Positions 1 through 14,100 of a stretch of 64,000 nt of DNA are shown one piece after another. The stretch comes from Owenia fusiformis (Eukaryota). Every line of letters begins with the position of its first letter. Position 1 is the first letter of the stretch. The notes beneath the pieces are model-generated. The model was given only the letters and a program-made list of their open reading frames with translations. It had not been told where the DNA came from and searched no databases. The stretch spans positions 15,252,001 to 15,316,000 of the forward strand of contig CAIIXF020000001.1 of assembly GCA_903813345.2 (NCBI GenBank), written 5' to 3'. The position numbers and the translations under genes are program-made.

Positions 1-399
1 TTGTGTTTATGTCGTTTTGTTCCAATGAGGTTCGGAAAGATGTTTCATTTCACTCTGGAAACATGATACCAAGAACAAAACAAGTGTTTGATGTGTTTTC
101 TAAAACAATATAGATGAAAGTATATATATATATACTTCAAATTATATTGTTACCATTCAAAAGATGACCATTAAATTGACGATGTGTTAAATTTTTAGAT
201 TTTTTATGGCTGGTTTAAGAGAAATGTGTGTTTAAAAAGTTCTCCATATCGATACCACTCCTTTGTATTGTTTTTTAATATCTTGTATTTAGTTGCATCT
301 AAGTTTAGTTCATGTTTAACCACCGCTAGCGCATTTTTTCTCTCAGAGGGCAGGACAAGAGTTTATGTTGTGTTGTCTCTCGAACTCCACAGTCGAGGT

Positions 400-1420
400 T
401 AGGTTATCATTGAGCAAATTGTTCCCGTTTCCATTTTTTTACTAATTGAGCCTGGTAATTTGTAGTCGTTGGTTGTTCTATGAACTCGCGTCTGGGGTGA
501 TTTATATCGTTCAAAAATCCGTTTTACTAAGATGGTACCAAATTGATATGAATCTTGAACATAACGCGCAATTTATGTTCATCCCGTCTATTTTGAAGAT
601 TACCCCCAATTTAATATTTTAGGTTTTTTCTTTGCTTGCTCCTTGCATAACACCAGAACAAATAACAGCTGCCCTATAATGTAGCTTGTCTAACTGGTCT
701 AGGTCTAGCTGGAGCAGCGTCATAATAATATCACAATAGTCCAGATGAGACAGGATAAAGGAAGAGTAAATTTTTCCAGGTGTTTTTTATGGTGCGAAAG
801 TTAGTCACCACTAAGTTAGTTACCACATTTGGATATAAATTAAGTCTTCTTGAAGGACCTGGCTGTTTGTTTAGTGATTGATTGGGTCAATCGGACAAAA
901 AAATGTGATATGTCATCCGCATAGATAAAACATTTTGATTTTAAGTCGTCTATGTCATTTAGGTATAATAAAAAGAAATCGGTCCCCATATTGAGCCTTG
1001 GGGGACTCCAGAGTTGATTTGACCGACTTTAATTGACCTAGACAATTCATCATTGATCCTAATTTTAATTGTTCTGCTCTTTGAGGTAAGATTGAAAAGG
1101 TCAAATAGTGATTTAGCTATACCGTAGGATTTTAGTTTCTGAAGAAGGAGTACATGAGGGACTTTGTCGAAGGCTGATTGAATGTCCAAAAATATTGCTC
1201 TAACATCAAGACCATTTTCAAAATTTTGAAGAATGTAGATTGTTATAGCAGTTAGTTGAGTGTTGTGTTCTTTAAGAAATCTTGATTGCATTTCATAAAT
1301 TAGGTTATTTGATGTCAAATGGGTTATCAGTTTACAATTTACTATTTTTTCGAAAAGTTTAGAACTTGTTTAAAGTAAAGTTACAGGCCGATAGTTTTTT
1401 ATCAGAGATTTGTCATGAAA
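400..1420 (-). mobile_element. Degenerate non-LTR retrotransposon (CR1/L2-type) reverse transcriptase fragment
   Basis: ORF 959-1318 has the RT motifs AIFLDIQSAFDKVPH and SGVPQGSIWGP. A YADD-type motif follows out of frame (tatgcggatgac on minus, ~912-923). The sequence is frameshifted. Confidence 0.85.
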
Positions 1421-1629
1421 TAGTCAGAAATATCAGAAATAGTGATTCTTGATCATTTTGTCCTAGCTATTACATTTGTCCATAAGATTTTGGAGTTATA
1501 CAAATGCCAAGCCCTCGACAATTTGTTTTTATTAAAATACGATCGTTTTGCTAATAGGTGTGTTTTGTGAAAATATCAAGGAAGAATATAAGATGGAAAT
1601 AAAGAGCAGAATAAAATGAAATGGTTAAC

Positions 1630-2220
1630 CAATAGCGCTTCTCTCAAGTCCAGATTCCTCTTTGTCCAATACTCCGATAAGATCCTTTCTAAACTCGATA
1701 TGTTTAATGACAAGATAGAACGATTCGCTAACAAGAACAAGAATCTAATGATATTAAATTAAACTTAAAACAATTAATGATGAAATGAATTACAAATAAA
1801 GCATATTTCTTACCTAAGTCGTCAATTGTTAACAAGAGATGATCAACCTCTTCTTCGATTCCCGTGTGCCTGTGTAATGATCTATTAAAGCCAACACAGT
1901 ATATTAAATATGAAGAAAGCGCAAAGCATCTATATACAAGACACCTGGAGAAATTGAATACCGAGTGTAGATGGCATTCTGTGAAATTAATTTGTCTCTA
2001 GGTGATACCATATACCGAGGGGCAGATAATTACATGGATATATAATACTTACATATTTAAGTACGATTCAAGTAAAAACAAGTTTACCGTAGACTGTCTC
2101 CAATTGATCAAAACATGTGACTGGGGGTAAATTCGCTCTGGTCACTTTTCAAAATGACATTTTTCAATTTTCCTTCAAGCATATCGCATAATCATTATGT
2201 GGTTTCAGTCAAATCCTCTC
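1630..2220 (-). pseudogene. Possible decayed multi-exon gene fragment of unknown family
   Basis: AG/GT-bounded, phase-compatible segments 1945-1978 and 1814-1869, plus an exon starting at 1727, splice to ECHLHSVFNFSRHTGIEEEVDHLLLTIDDLANRSILSLNISSLERILSEYW. The upstream segment 2088-2220 has stops and a frameshift. Confidence 0.3.
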
Positions 2221-4204
2221 CTATTTGGTGCATGATTAAAAAAATATATTTATTATTATCTGATTTATAAATTATTAAAAATATGTCCGATATCTCAATA
2301 ACAAAAAGGATGAGTATCGATATGGTGAACTCTTTGAACACACGTTTCTCTTAAACCAGTCATCAAAAAATTCAGAAATTTTACACATCGTCAATTTAAT
2401 GGTCATAGTTTGAATGGTAAGAATATAATTTGAAATAAATATATATACTTTTCTCTATGTTGTTTTAGAAAACACATCAGACACTTCTTTTGTTCTTGGT
2501 ATCATATTTTCGGAATGAAATGAAACATCCGAACCTCATTGGAACAAAATTACATAAACACAACGCGTTTAGGTCTCTCAATATTGTAATTGTACAAAGG
2601 AAATTTGTGGGTGTTTGTTTTAACTTTTTGAATACTTTTTTTTAAATCAACTAAAAAATATCCTTTGTATAACTATAATATTGAGAGGTCTAAGAAAATG
2701 TTGTATATGCTAATTTGTTCCTACAAGCTTCGGGAAGATATTTTATTTCATTCTCAAGAATTGGTAAAAAGGAACAAAAAAAGAATTGGACCAAAAAACA
2801 AAAAATGTTAACATAAACAGTTATATAACTGTAATAAAATATATAAAAATAATTTTTGCATTAAAGTATACCCGTTTTTGTGTAACTTTCATGCTGAATC
2901 AAAAAATTAACAATTACAACTATTAACAGAGAATCACCAATGAAGTTGCTGCTCTCCGCCAGAACCCACAGGCTTTCGCTGATTCCTCATCACTATGGTT
3001 TCCAAATGGTATCACGAAGCAATTACGAACAAGACAGGCACATGTCGCGTAGAAGATTCAGTTTGTTGCAGATCTCAAGGTCTGTCAATCTTAAGCTGAG
3101 TGTCGTACATTTAAGATCATCGAAAAGAAGGTTCGATTTATTGTTATGAGGTAAGAAAAAAGATCACAGATCAAATAGATTCGAGAGCATTTCCCTGTAT
3201 TTGTGAATCACTGTTTGCCTTGATTAATTAGAAGAATTGGAAGAAACCATCTCATGAGCGCAAGAAGGCGGTTTAAGTGAATGTAAATTTTAAATTTTCA
3301 GTACTCATTGAAACCAATGGAACAGATGCTTAATCCATCTTTTTAACTTAGGCCAACAATATTGCTTTGAAAGATTTTTTTATAAAATATTCCTCTGATA
3401 ATAGCATGATACATTTTGAGAAAATAATGTACGCCATTCTGATTTATCAGTTCTAATGGATAGTGTAGGCTTGGCTAATAATTTTATTTATTTATTCTAA
3501 ATAATGCTCTTTGAGTCTAGCCAAATGTCATTGTAATGATTGATGATTTTGTGAAATTAATAGTATTGTAGTATTGGATAGTATTGGCTGTGGATCTTAA
3601 GTCAGATTTGAACTTCTGGCAAATTCAAGATGATTTAAAAGCCTCTTTAAAGCCTGTTAAAGCCCTTTTATCTTTGGATTTTTACTTACTTAACCTGCTA
3701 TGAAAACACTTATACTATTGATGGAAACGTAATTTGACTTTATTTCCAATACCTCCAAATTTTCTCATTTTTTTACTCATTTACAATAGGTCGAAAATTG
3801 ATAAATTTGATGAATTTCTGAAAATCGACATTCTCATGCTAACCAAGAGAATCTTTTTGTATGGTATTATTTTGAAATATAAATTATATGAAGTAAGATA
3901 AACATTTAGTAAAATATAAAACATAGGCACTTTTCTTTGATGATACCACTGATAATAGATGACTTCCATCTACTTTTCAACTAAGTTTTTTCTCCCCTTC
4001 TACCTTATAGCTGCGCCCTCTTCCCTTTTAGATTTTCATACCAAGGAGCTAATAAGATATTTAAAAACCATTCTATCAAGTTGTATGCTTAAAAATGGGT
4101 AGTGCACAGCAGACAAGAATTTGCCATGGAAAGTTAACAATAATACCGTACCTTTCTTAGGTACGATAAAAACCAAATAAACGGCTTAGTATAACAATCG
4201 ACAC

Positions 4205-4210
4205 TTTATT
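4205..4210 (-). promoter_or_regulatory. Candidate polyadenylation signal (AATAAA) of the filamin gene
   Basis: tttatt on plus, ~710 nt past the filamin stop codon, followed on the minus strand by a GT/T-rich tract. Confidence 0.5.
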
Positions 4211-4917
4211 GACAATATGGTAAACACAAGTGATACTAGCTATAGTACATACCCAGTATTTAATACTAGTATTTAGAACAATCCTTATTTAAAACATTTT
4301 ACACAAGAATAAAAAATGCAAACTAGTAGAATAAAGTGAAATGCAAATCGATTTTTGTTTTAATATGATATATATAAATTAAGAAAAACAATCATGATGT
4401 ATTATGAACAATGGCGCAACTGTGTGAATGTCCGTAATCATCGATGGGATTGACAGTGCTAAATACGTCAAATTAATTATAGGTATGAAACCCTTTGACA
4501 CATCTCTTGCCACCGTTGATTAGTTGTTGATTTGAAACATTAATTGGGAGTCCTGCGAACACTTTCTTTTCACACATCACATGATCCTCTCGCCATGTCG
4601 TATATATACCAGCTGATAGTCGGAAGATATCGGTTAACCAGCAATGATTAAAAGTTCTAATGCTCTTTATACATTCATTATTCAGTACTACATACAAGAT
4701 GAAACTTATTGAAATCAACAAAATCACTCAAATCTATAATCTTGATAAAAAGCATTTAAAACATTTACGTTATAATAATATCATTACATAGTTATAGAAA
4801 TCTTGTAGAATATTTCCAAAGCATTGTTATTGCTGTTCTGCTCCCCGCGCATGCGCGTGGTGCTAAAATGGCAGTGTCGAGCAGTGTCTAACGTGTGCAT
4901 AAATCGGATTGGTTGCT

Positions 4918-5111
4918 TTATGTCACGTGGATCTGGAAAGGACTTCCTGGAATATCCTCGCCTCCCCAACGAACGTAAAGTTGGTGCTCTCCCTTCTCGC
5001 GGCCAGCCTTGTAGCTGCATGTATAGACCGTCTTGGTTGTTTTCTTGATGGTTACTTCTTCAGCCAGTTGTCCATTTGGACTGATCATATTGATAAAGAG
5101 AATGGCGGTAC
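4918..5111 (-). CDS. FLN: Filamin last coding exon (Ig24 dimerisation repeat, stop TAA)
   Basis: ttccag acceptor; encodes [14 protein letters not shown]...[16 protein letters not shown]. Confidence 0.92.
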
Positions 5112-8100
5112 CTGGAAGTAAATAACAACACATAATTTTGTTTCTTGTTTCTACTGATATAATCCTGGCCAAGGTCCCCAACAATATAAGTTTCTGCCAC
5201 CAGACTGATTCGTTACCAGTAAAGTAGTTTCATAATACAGGGTGGTCAAAAAATGGAAACCCTGCATTTTCCTCATATCTTCGTCATTTTGGGTAAATAT
5301 TCCCTGAAATTTGAGACACATGTACAACATTCAATTTCCTACCAGCTTACCATATTTCATGACCATCAGATTGATAGTCACAATGGTACAGCACTTTGAA
5401 CAAAAATCACGATGTCAGAGGAGTGTTTCTTGATATAGAATCTGCGTTTGATTCCGTTCCGCATTTCCTTTTGATAAAAAAAACTTAAATCAAATGGCTT
5501 TTCAGATACTATAACTCAACCTTTGCAGTCGTATCTTTTCAATTGTAGACTTCAAGTTAAAGCTAATGGAGAATGAAGCAATCTCAAATGAATACTTCAT
5601 AAATAGTTCAGTGCCGCAGGGATCCATAATTGGGCCGTTTTGCTTTCTGTTATATATAAATGACCTTCATGAAGTCATAAATCATAGTCAACTTTACCTT
5701 TATGCAGATGATAGTTCAATCTTTATGTCATTTAATAGGAAAGCTAATATCATTGAACAGAACCAGCATTTACAAGCTGACTTAAATAATTTATGGGAAT
5801 GGTCACAGAAATGGAAGCTTAAATTTAAACCTTCTAAAAGTCAAGATATGATTTTAAAGGCTCAAGGAGGTGCAATCTCTTATACCCTCCTCTCTACCTA
5901 GGAAATGAGGTCATTAATAGAACCAGAACTCATAAACACTTAGGAGTCATTCTAGATGAGCATTTGAATTTTGAAGCCCATTTACAGGATATCATAAAAG
6001 CATGTAATATAATGTTAAATCCATTGAAAGTTCTTAAGACCAAGATTCGAGCTAAACACCTAGAGAAGATGTATCTATCATTTATTCTCCCAAACTTAGA
6101 GTATGGAAGTATATTATTTGAAAAATCTACCAAGTATAATATTATGAAACTAGACCAAGTTCATTATAGAGCAGCATTATTAGTAAGTGGCTGCATTCAT
6201 GGAACATCTACTGTAAAGGTTTTGAAATGTCTAAATTGGAATACCCTGCCTGAGCGGAGAAAGGAGAAACGATTACGTTTAATATATGATGTTAGACAGA
6301 AATTGGTCCAAACTTATGTCAAAATTTTTTTTGATAGTTATCAAAATAAGCAACACAATATTAATTTAAGAAAATCAAGAGAATACACTATTCCAAAGTT
6401 AACTGCACGTTCACAAAAGTCACCAATAATAAATTCCATAAGAGAATGGGAAGCCATTCCAAATTATCTAAAAAGTGCACCATCAAGAGTCACTTTCAAA
6501 ACCAATTTACGTAAATATTCAGGGAGAATGAAGCATTTAACAACCACAAACCTGGATCTTACAAGAAAAGAAGAAATTTTACTGAATAGAACAAGATGTG
6601 ATTTCATTTTTACTGGTCATCTTTTTCAACATAATTTTCAAGGTATTGACAGTCCCAAATGCATCTGTGGTTTTAAACAACAAACTACAAAGCATCTAAT
6701 CTTCAAATGCCCTCTGTTGAATGTTATAAGAGAGAAACTTTGGGGGGAACTCAGGAACATGCCAGAAATGAACATTTTCTTTACAGGATGCTCTACAGAG
6801 CAAAAGCTAAATATCTTAATGTATGGCAGAGATGGAGTTAGCATAACATGCAATTCTTCAATATTGAAGCATTTTACATCCTTTTTGTGTGAATGCATTG
6901 ATATAATTATATAGTTTTAACACATTCCTACCATGCATACATACATGTTGGTAGTCATTTTGTTGCTATTTTGTAAATTTGAATAAACTTTGTATTAACA
7001 GGGCCAATAATGCTGATTTCAGCCTCGGCCCTGTCAATTGTAGCTAATTTTGTAAAGTAAAATAAAGAAACCATAAAAACTAAAAACTATGAAATATGGT
7101 AGGCCGGTAGGAAATTGAATGATGTACAAATGTGCTAAATATCAGGGAGTAATTTCCTTAAGGAATATTCCTTGCCAAACCATCTCTCTCCTCATATGGT
7201 AGCTATAACCATATATATGCTTGCCATGTTTAGCAAAACACGCAAAAATGTTTTGTTATGGTTAAATTTGATCACTTAGAAATGTGATGCTCAATTCCAG
7301 TAAGCTGCCATCTTTTAAAATTTCACACAGGAAGTGATGTCATCGACTCTCAACTTTGCATATAGCATTAGGTGAGGAGCTATTAAGAATTACAAAACCA
7401 GCTAAATATTCTCTTTCAACTTTGTATCTTATTTAATCCTTCTGAAAATCTCTTCTTTTATTCTAAGTTGACAAGCCCTGAAAATATTTTTGCACAGAAT
7501 GTAATGATCACTTGTCTAGAAGTGATTTTGTGCTACTTTCCTATACTCAAGGTTATAGAAAATGAGAGTTGATGACATCACTTCCTGCAAGAAATCTTAA
7601 AAGATGGCAGCTCACTGGAAATAAGCACTAGATTTTTAAATGATCAATATTGACCACATTAAAACAGTTTCCCATGTTTTGCTAAATATGGAAACTATAT
7701 ATATGATTATAGCTACCATATCAAGAGAGAAAGGGTCTGGCAAGGAATATTCCTTTAAATGATAAAGATATGAGGAAAATGGCGACAGGGTTTCCATTTT
7801 TTTTACCACCCTGTTTGCTCGAATAATTAAATAAAATAGTAGATATTTTCGTGGCAATATGAGCATGGACGCCAAAACAAATTGGGCCTTCTCGTATGTT
7901 TTCCGCAATCATTTCTTTGATCATTTCTTTCTCGGGTCACGCTGATCGCGAACTCAAAATTATTGCAACTTGTATAACTTATGTTTAAGAGAAAAGAAGT
8001 GAATTGGTACAATAATTAATTGAAATTGAGACTGTTTGTCTTGTAACCTTGTTATGTATTCACCAGTTATTTACTAATTTCCAGTTTGTCTAATGAACTT

Positions 8101-11100
8101 GATTGGCATTTTTGTATCAATATAATTGCAATATGTTATGCCGTGGTCACATTTGCTCCGATTTTTACTTCGGTAAATCGGAGCAAATGTGACCATGGCA
8201 TTAATCTATTTCTATTATATCATCTCTCCTACAGTACTATTGTCGTTTCCATGCAAATGTTATGCAATAGTACTATAATATATCAGTTATAGTGTGTTAA
8301 TTGGGCAATAGTACATACAAACCGTTGCGAATCATAATAAATGATTTCTGATGTTAAATTTCCCCTGGTATTTGTCTCGAATAGGGCTAGATTTCTTTAG
8401 GCCAGTATAGTTAAATGGGGACACAGTGGTGACTTTTACAATTCAAACGTCATTACAATTTAACTTTTCTTCCTCTTAAAACGATTTTACCAGGACGGGA
8501 ACAGGTTTAAATGCCATGCCTACCTGCGTCCTTTACGTCAATCGTGAATGGAGTGCTCCTTCCCATGAACGCTTTCTTCAATCCATTTCCTCTAGCAATA
8601 ACCTTTGCAGCATCTCCCGTGAACTTCTTCTTGGCCACTTGGCCTTCTTTCTTGTCTATACACTCAACTACTATGCCAGACTGCTCAATCACGCTGCTCT
8701 TTTTGCCTGCGCCTGGAGCAAAATAATGGAATACAATAAGAAACGAGGAGTGAAAGTGCTTTATGCTCTTACATGGTATAGGCTTTTTTAAACTGGCATG
8801 TTCTAGAGGATCATTCTCGGCCTGTAGAAGTATTTCCGAATTTATCATGACGTATAAAGAAAAAACTTAGCCGAATCTGAACGTTAGCATTATTGAACGT
8901 AATGACTCTTAAATCTTGATCAGTGACTACTAAAATATCGACAAAATATACTAATTTAGTAATTATGGTATTTACCTGTAACGTTAACCTTGGCAGGACT
9001 TCCAGCAATGGTGATGTTGCTGTACTTTATGTTGATCAGGTAATCGCCAGGAGACATAGGAGTGTAGTTAAATTCATAACCAGTGTCTATCTCCTTGCAC
9101 ATTACCGCCACCTTTGAAGGTCCATCAACGGTTACCGACATGAGTCCCTCTCCCGCACCAACAGTGTTTACAACGAACGCTGACTTTTTACCTGGAAAAT
9201 TGTTCAAGGAAATATATTTATAATTGGTTGATTTCTAATGTTATTAACACGACGTTTTGTTTTGTTTGTTTTGTTATCATACCTATATCCTAATCTAACC
9301 ATGGTATTTAACGTCAGCTTGCTCTTTGAATTAAGTGACGGTTTAATAAAACTAAATATACCGCATATGATACATTATCTTATATATTATGTTAGTCTCA
9401 GATAAATGCAATGAGTTTATAGACTCTTACCAACTGCTCCAGTGACGAGCCCGTCTCCAGCGGCGTGTACCATAGCAGGATCTGCTACTAGTCTGCCGAC
9501 CATCATGGGGAAGGGGCTGCCTGGGATATGAGCTTCGTTGAGGAAGACACTGACATAGTGGATACCATTCTCCCTGTGGCACATAATTCAACATTAGTAT
9601 TTAAGTTCCATACTTTCAGAAATAATTGAAAAGTGGGAAAATGGCTAATTCGATACAATTTGAGAAAAATATTTGTTTTTGGACTATCATTTTACTATAA
9701 CGTAAGACTATCCAAACATATTTTAAAAATATTATTTCATGCATTTTTGTTATGGTCGAAAACTGATCAATCATTCCATGCACATGTTGTTTATCTCTTG
9801 GGTATCAACTCATTTCGAACAAATATTTGCACATTGTTAATCTCCAATTCATACTTATGACATGCACGTTAATTGAAATACTTGTGAAGATAATGACATT
9901 CAAGACCTCTCTGAGTGAAACAAAAGTGTGATATTTCTATTATATAATTCGTTGATTAATTAGCGAAGCAGATTGACGACTTATTAACACCTCGGTCGAC
10001 ATAGGGCGTTTGCAGAACTCACTTTGGTATGAAACGAACGACATAGTTGTCGTCAGGGTCGATCTCTTGCACAAAGCAATCCTCGGTGGCTCCAGATGGT
10101 GTGTCCACAGAGGCATGGGTTGTTCCCGTGGCGCCGTTGTATTTCACGTTAAACGTTGCTGCTTTTCCAACCTACAAAAAATATTTGCATCTTATTTGAG
10201 ATTGCGAGTGTATCTCATTAACGTTCAAATGCCTGACAACTGTCTTAGAGAAAGTAAACTTAAAAAGATACAAATATATTGAATTTCATATATAATTATT
10301 TATCGCATGATCTGTAAAATGAAGCCCTCTGATTGGTCAGTTCTTGTGCTGTACCAATCTGTATTGCTACTGAGATTGTCCGCGTTGATCATCTCCGTCG
10401 CAATACAGAAAATATTGGTACGGAGGAGACAATCTCAGTAGCAATACAGAGGATAACACGATAAAAACGTTATTGAATGATTTGAAGTGCAATACAGGAT
10501 ATATTCTGTCTCGATATTCTGTATTGGCACTCGACTTCGTCTCGTTCCAATACGGAATTTCTCGAACAGAATATATCCTTATTGCACTTCAAATCATTCA
10601 ATAACTTATAATATCGTTGTCATGGTGACATGACGATATACTGTATGCTATCATAATTACTCTTATGTATTCATATTTAGCATACTGTCGGACTTTTTCT
10701 TTTTATTAAGATCGTTTACGTGTGGTATGTCAATAACACAGGGTGATCCAAAGAGTGGTCCATTCTAAATGAATAGTAGAAAATTAATTTTTCGAATTTT
10801 GATTAGATAAAAACTTTAGTTTGCCGTTTTTTCATCTTTTTCTTCCAGACTCTCTTGATGACACCATACTATATGTCCTTAGCGTTGGTCTTTAAGCTTT
10901 GTAAACAAATGCAATTGTCTCTTAGCCGTGATTAGAATGTGGAAAATGTGCCTCTGGACTTGAAATAGATTTGTGTGTAATGCACTTTCTTACCTCTTGA
11001 TCTTGCATGTGCCTTTCTTCCTGATCACACTTATATTTTGGGTTATCATTAACAATGAAACTAAACCTTTTCCCCAAATCATTTACATCGGGCACCCAGT

Positions 11101-14100
11101 GTCGATGCTATTTCACCTCAACAAAGTTAAATAGCAATATACCAATTCGAAATAAAGCGTTTTAGCAAAAGATTCGGCAAAAGCAAGCTTTCATATACGT
11201 TGCAGAGGATAAACCATTGACCGAACAATGCATTTGGGCGGAAAAATTAATTTTCTATGCAAGTTTAACAAATATTCCACCTTTTCGGACTACCCTGTTT
11301 AGTTATGCTACCATGTATGCAAATACTAGTTAACTGATTAAAAAGCACGCAACGAGGCCTGCAAATCATAAACCAGAACGATTACTAGAACGAGCATCTT
11401 TGGTTTTATGTGTACATCTATCTATTCTATGTATAGCAGGATTAGAGAAGATGGATTTCATTTAGGGGAATCTGCGGCATGAATGGCAAAGATGTCCAAT
11501 TGACACAATTCCTTTTGCATTATGACCACGAACTTATTGATATAAAATATGTATTTATTTTATTTTTTTTATTTATATAAAACAATGAGAGGAAAACTGT
11601 GTGATGCCATTGGCAGAATACTTGAACATATATGTGCTATCACATCACGAGTGAACAATTTTGGGAGGACAGTCTTTCTCGCATGGCCATCTTGCCTCAG
11701 GTTCCCCTAATGTTCTACAAAATCCGGTAACTGCTTACCCCATTTAGTTTATATCATATGACAAATCACACCTTGAACAGTAACGACTATACTATTACTA
11801 ACTCTTTCTATTCTATTTGTTATCACAATCTGCGTCACCAACAATTAGAAGGATTTTGGAAGATATCTTATGGTATGGGTAGTTTGGTTATGGGATCTAG
11901 TTGGTGGGATAATGACTCAAATTTGTAGCTAGGTTAAAATGGGTAATCATTGGTAATCTAGGGGTATTTTAAGTATGTTATTATTGGTACAACAACAGTT
12001 TATTCTAAAAGTTAAAATAGTATTTTTCTATCATACCATAGCATTATCGAGTAAGTCTCGTGAAATTATCACATGAAATCAGTTTAGCTGATTTGTCCAA
12101 AAATCAACTTCACCATAAATACAACTATACGATAATTTAGATCAAATGTACCAATTCGAAACAATGTGAGAACCTTTAATTATGCAAACAGCACACAACA
12201 AAGCGTCCATAATATATCATTGTGACAATGGGGTGAAACTAAGTGCATCACTTTGAGCAAGCCACGATGTCACGTATGATGACCATGACAACCTACCTGG
12301 AGCCCCCTGTCCTTGAAAGCATGTACTGACACTTTCTTTGAGTCAACGCTGGAGGGAGTGACATGAACGATGATTGGTGACTTTGGAATATGATTGTCAT
12401 CCCACTTAACATGGATTCCATATGGGCCTAAAGACACAGATATTCAACTACTATAACTAGAGTACACGCAGTTTGCGTTAGTAAACGCGTAACGACGATA
12501 CATGTAAAAGCAGAACATAACAATATTCATATTATTAGGCTTTGTCATTAATCTGAATCCATGGATGAAAGGTTTTAATCTCAACATCCCAGGTTAGACT
12601 GACTAAACATCCCTTTACTTCATCATGTTATGCACGATTGGGAAAAGGATATTTTGATGACGTAAATGATATGAATATTGTTGCCTGGTGTGTTATTTTA
12701 CGTACCTGTTTCCAAGAAACATGTGTGTGGGCAAACGTTGTTGAGTTTGAGAGCCATCTTTTGGCCATCTACTACTTACTGATCTGATTGTATTGATGCC
12801 AAATATGATATAAAACATTGCCATGGTAAATATGATTGGCATATCATGCTTGACATCAAAAGTACGATAATTGTTCGTAAAAGTGTTACAGCAAATGATC
12901 GCACATTTTAGAAATAAATCAAAGGTGTTTGTGAAATTCGGTCTACTGTCCACACATGCGAACCCGGAAACTAGCTACAATAAAGCTGCCAGCTGTGGCT
13001 GTGACTGCGATAATGCAGCAGAAAGAGGCACAAACACGCCATAAGCGCATATCTAGTGAACGGTAAGGCATGTCTAACCTCCAAACCACGGTCTCTCAAC
13101 GCGTGAACGGAGAGCTTTGTTGCCTCGCCACTGTGAGGAGTCACGTGACAGTTTAATGGTGACTTAGGTGTGTGTACATCGTTCCACTTTACGTGGACAC
13201 CATACATTCCTACAGGTCAGACACACATATAATCCCTAAACAATGGTAGCTAGTCTAATAGCAAATCAGTCATGACATTGCTCTTTTATTATCTTTTAGA
13301 CCCGTTGAGTATTACTAGACGCACAGAGATCAAGACCTGTGGCAGGGAGAAGAGTGTTATACAATGGTGCATCATTCACAATAAACTAGATCGGGTTAAC
13401 AAAAGTATCCACTGCTTTACAAAGAGACAAATAATAGATACACTGCATTGAAAATAATGAAGGAACATCTATTATGAGAGCATTGACGTTGACATAACAT
13501 CCTATTAACTAGCTACCTGATTTTCAGAGCTACAAGGAGAGACAGGATCACAAAGACTCGTGGGGACAGAGGATCAGAGGGAAATCATAGATGTAAACAA
13601 ACATGTTAAATAGAACATTAGTATATTCATATCTTGAAAATATGTGCATTAATGCTCAGTTAAATCCATTTATCAAGAAAATATTTTGCAATTTCGAATC
13701 TTTGAACTATATAGCGTATAGTCTACGTAAGTGATTGGTGGGCATTTTTTTCAAAAATTATGCTACGTGCCAGCCAAAATATCCTCCCATTATTCTTATT
13801 AGTGATAGGAAGATTCACACCAATTTTCAAGATATCAATATTAAGACGAATATTTACAAATAAAGAGGATTTAAATCACAATTACAATGTTTTGAATATT
13901 AATAATGTATATGGGGTTATTTTCTGAAATGAAGATTTTTAATCACTTAATCACAGACTCACAGTAGAGAAACTAAGATAAACTAAATATTGGGATAAAT
14001 TCCAGGAGCAGGTTTTCCAAGCAGCTTGTCTTGCATTGGGTGTGAGGGTACCTAGAGAATATACCTTTATTATTAGTTATGATGGGAACGTAAGCATATT

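Larger units (their letters stand above)
1..2563. mobile_element. Fold-back/long inverted-repeat element: ~270-bp arms at 1-270 and ~2296-2563 enclosing a LINE fragment and exon-like sequence
   Basis: Bases 1-270 (ttgtgtttatgtcgttttgttccaatgaggttcgg...gttctccatatcgatac) are the imperfect reverse complement of ~2296-2563 (gtatcgatatggtgaac...ccgaacctcattggaacaaaattacataaacacaa). A further hairpin follows at ~2570-2690. Confidence 0.7.

Noticed and set aside
2930-3290. Exon-like plus-strand segment
   Set aside because: It looks like decayed coding sequence but has several stops in the best frame, and no family was recognised.
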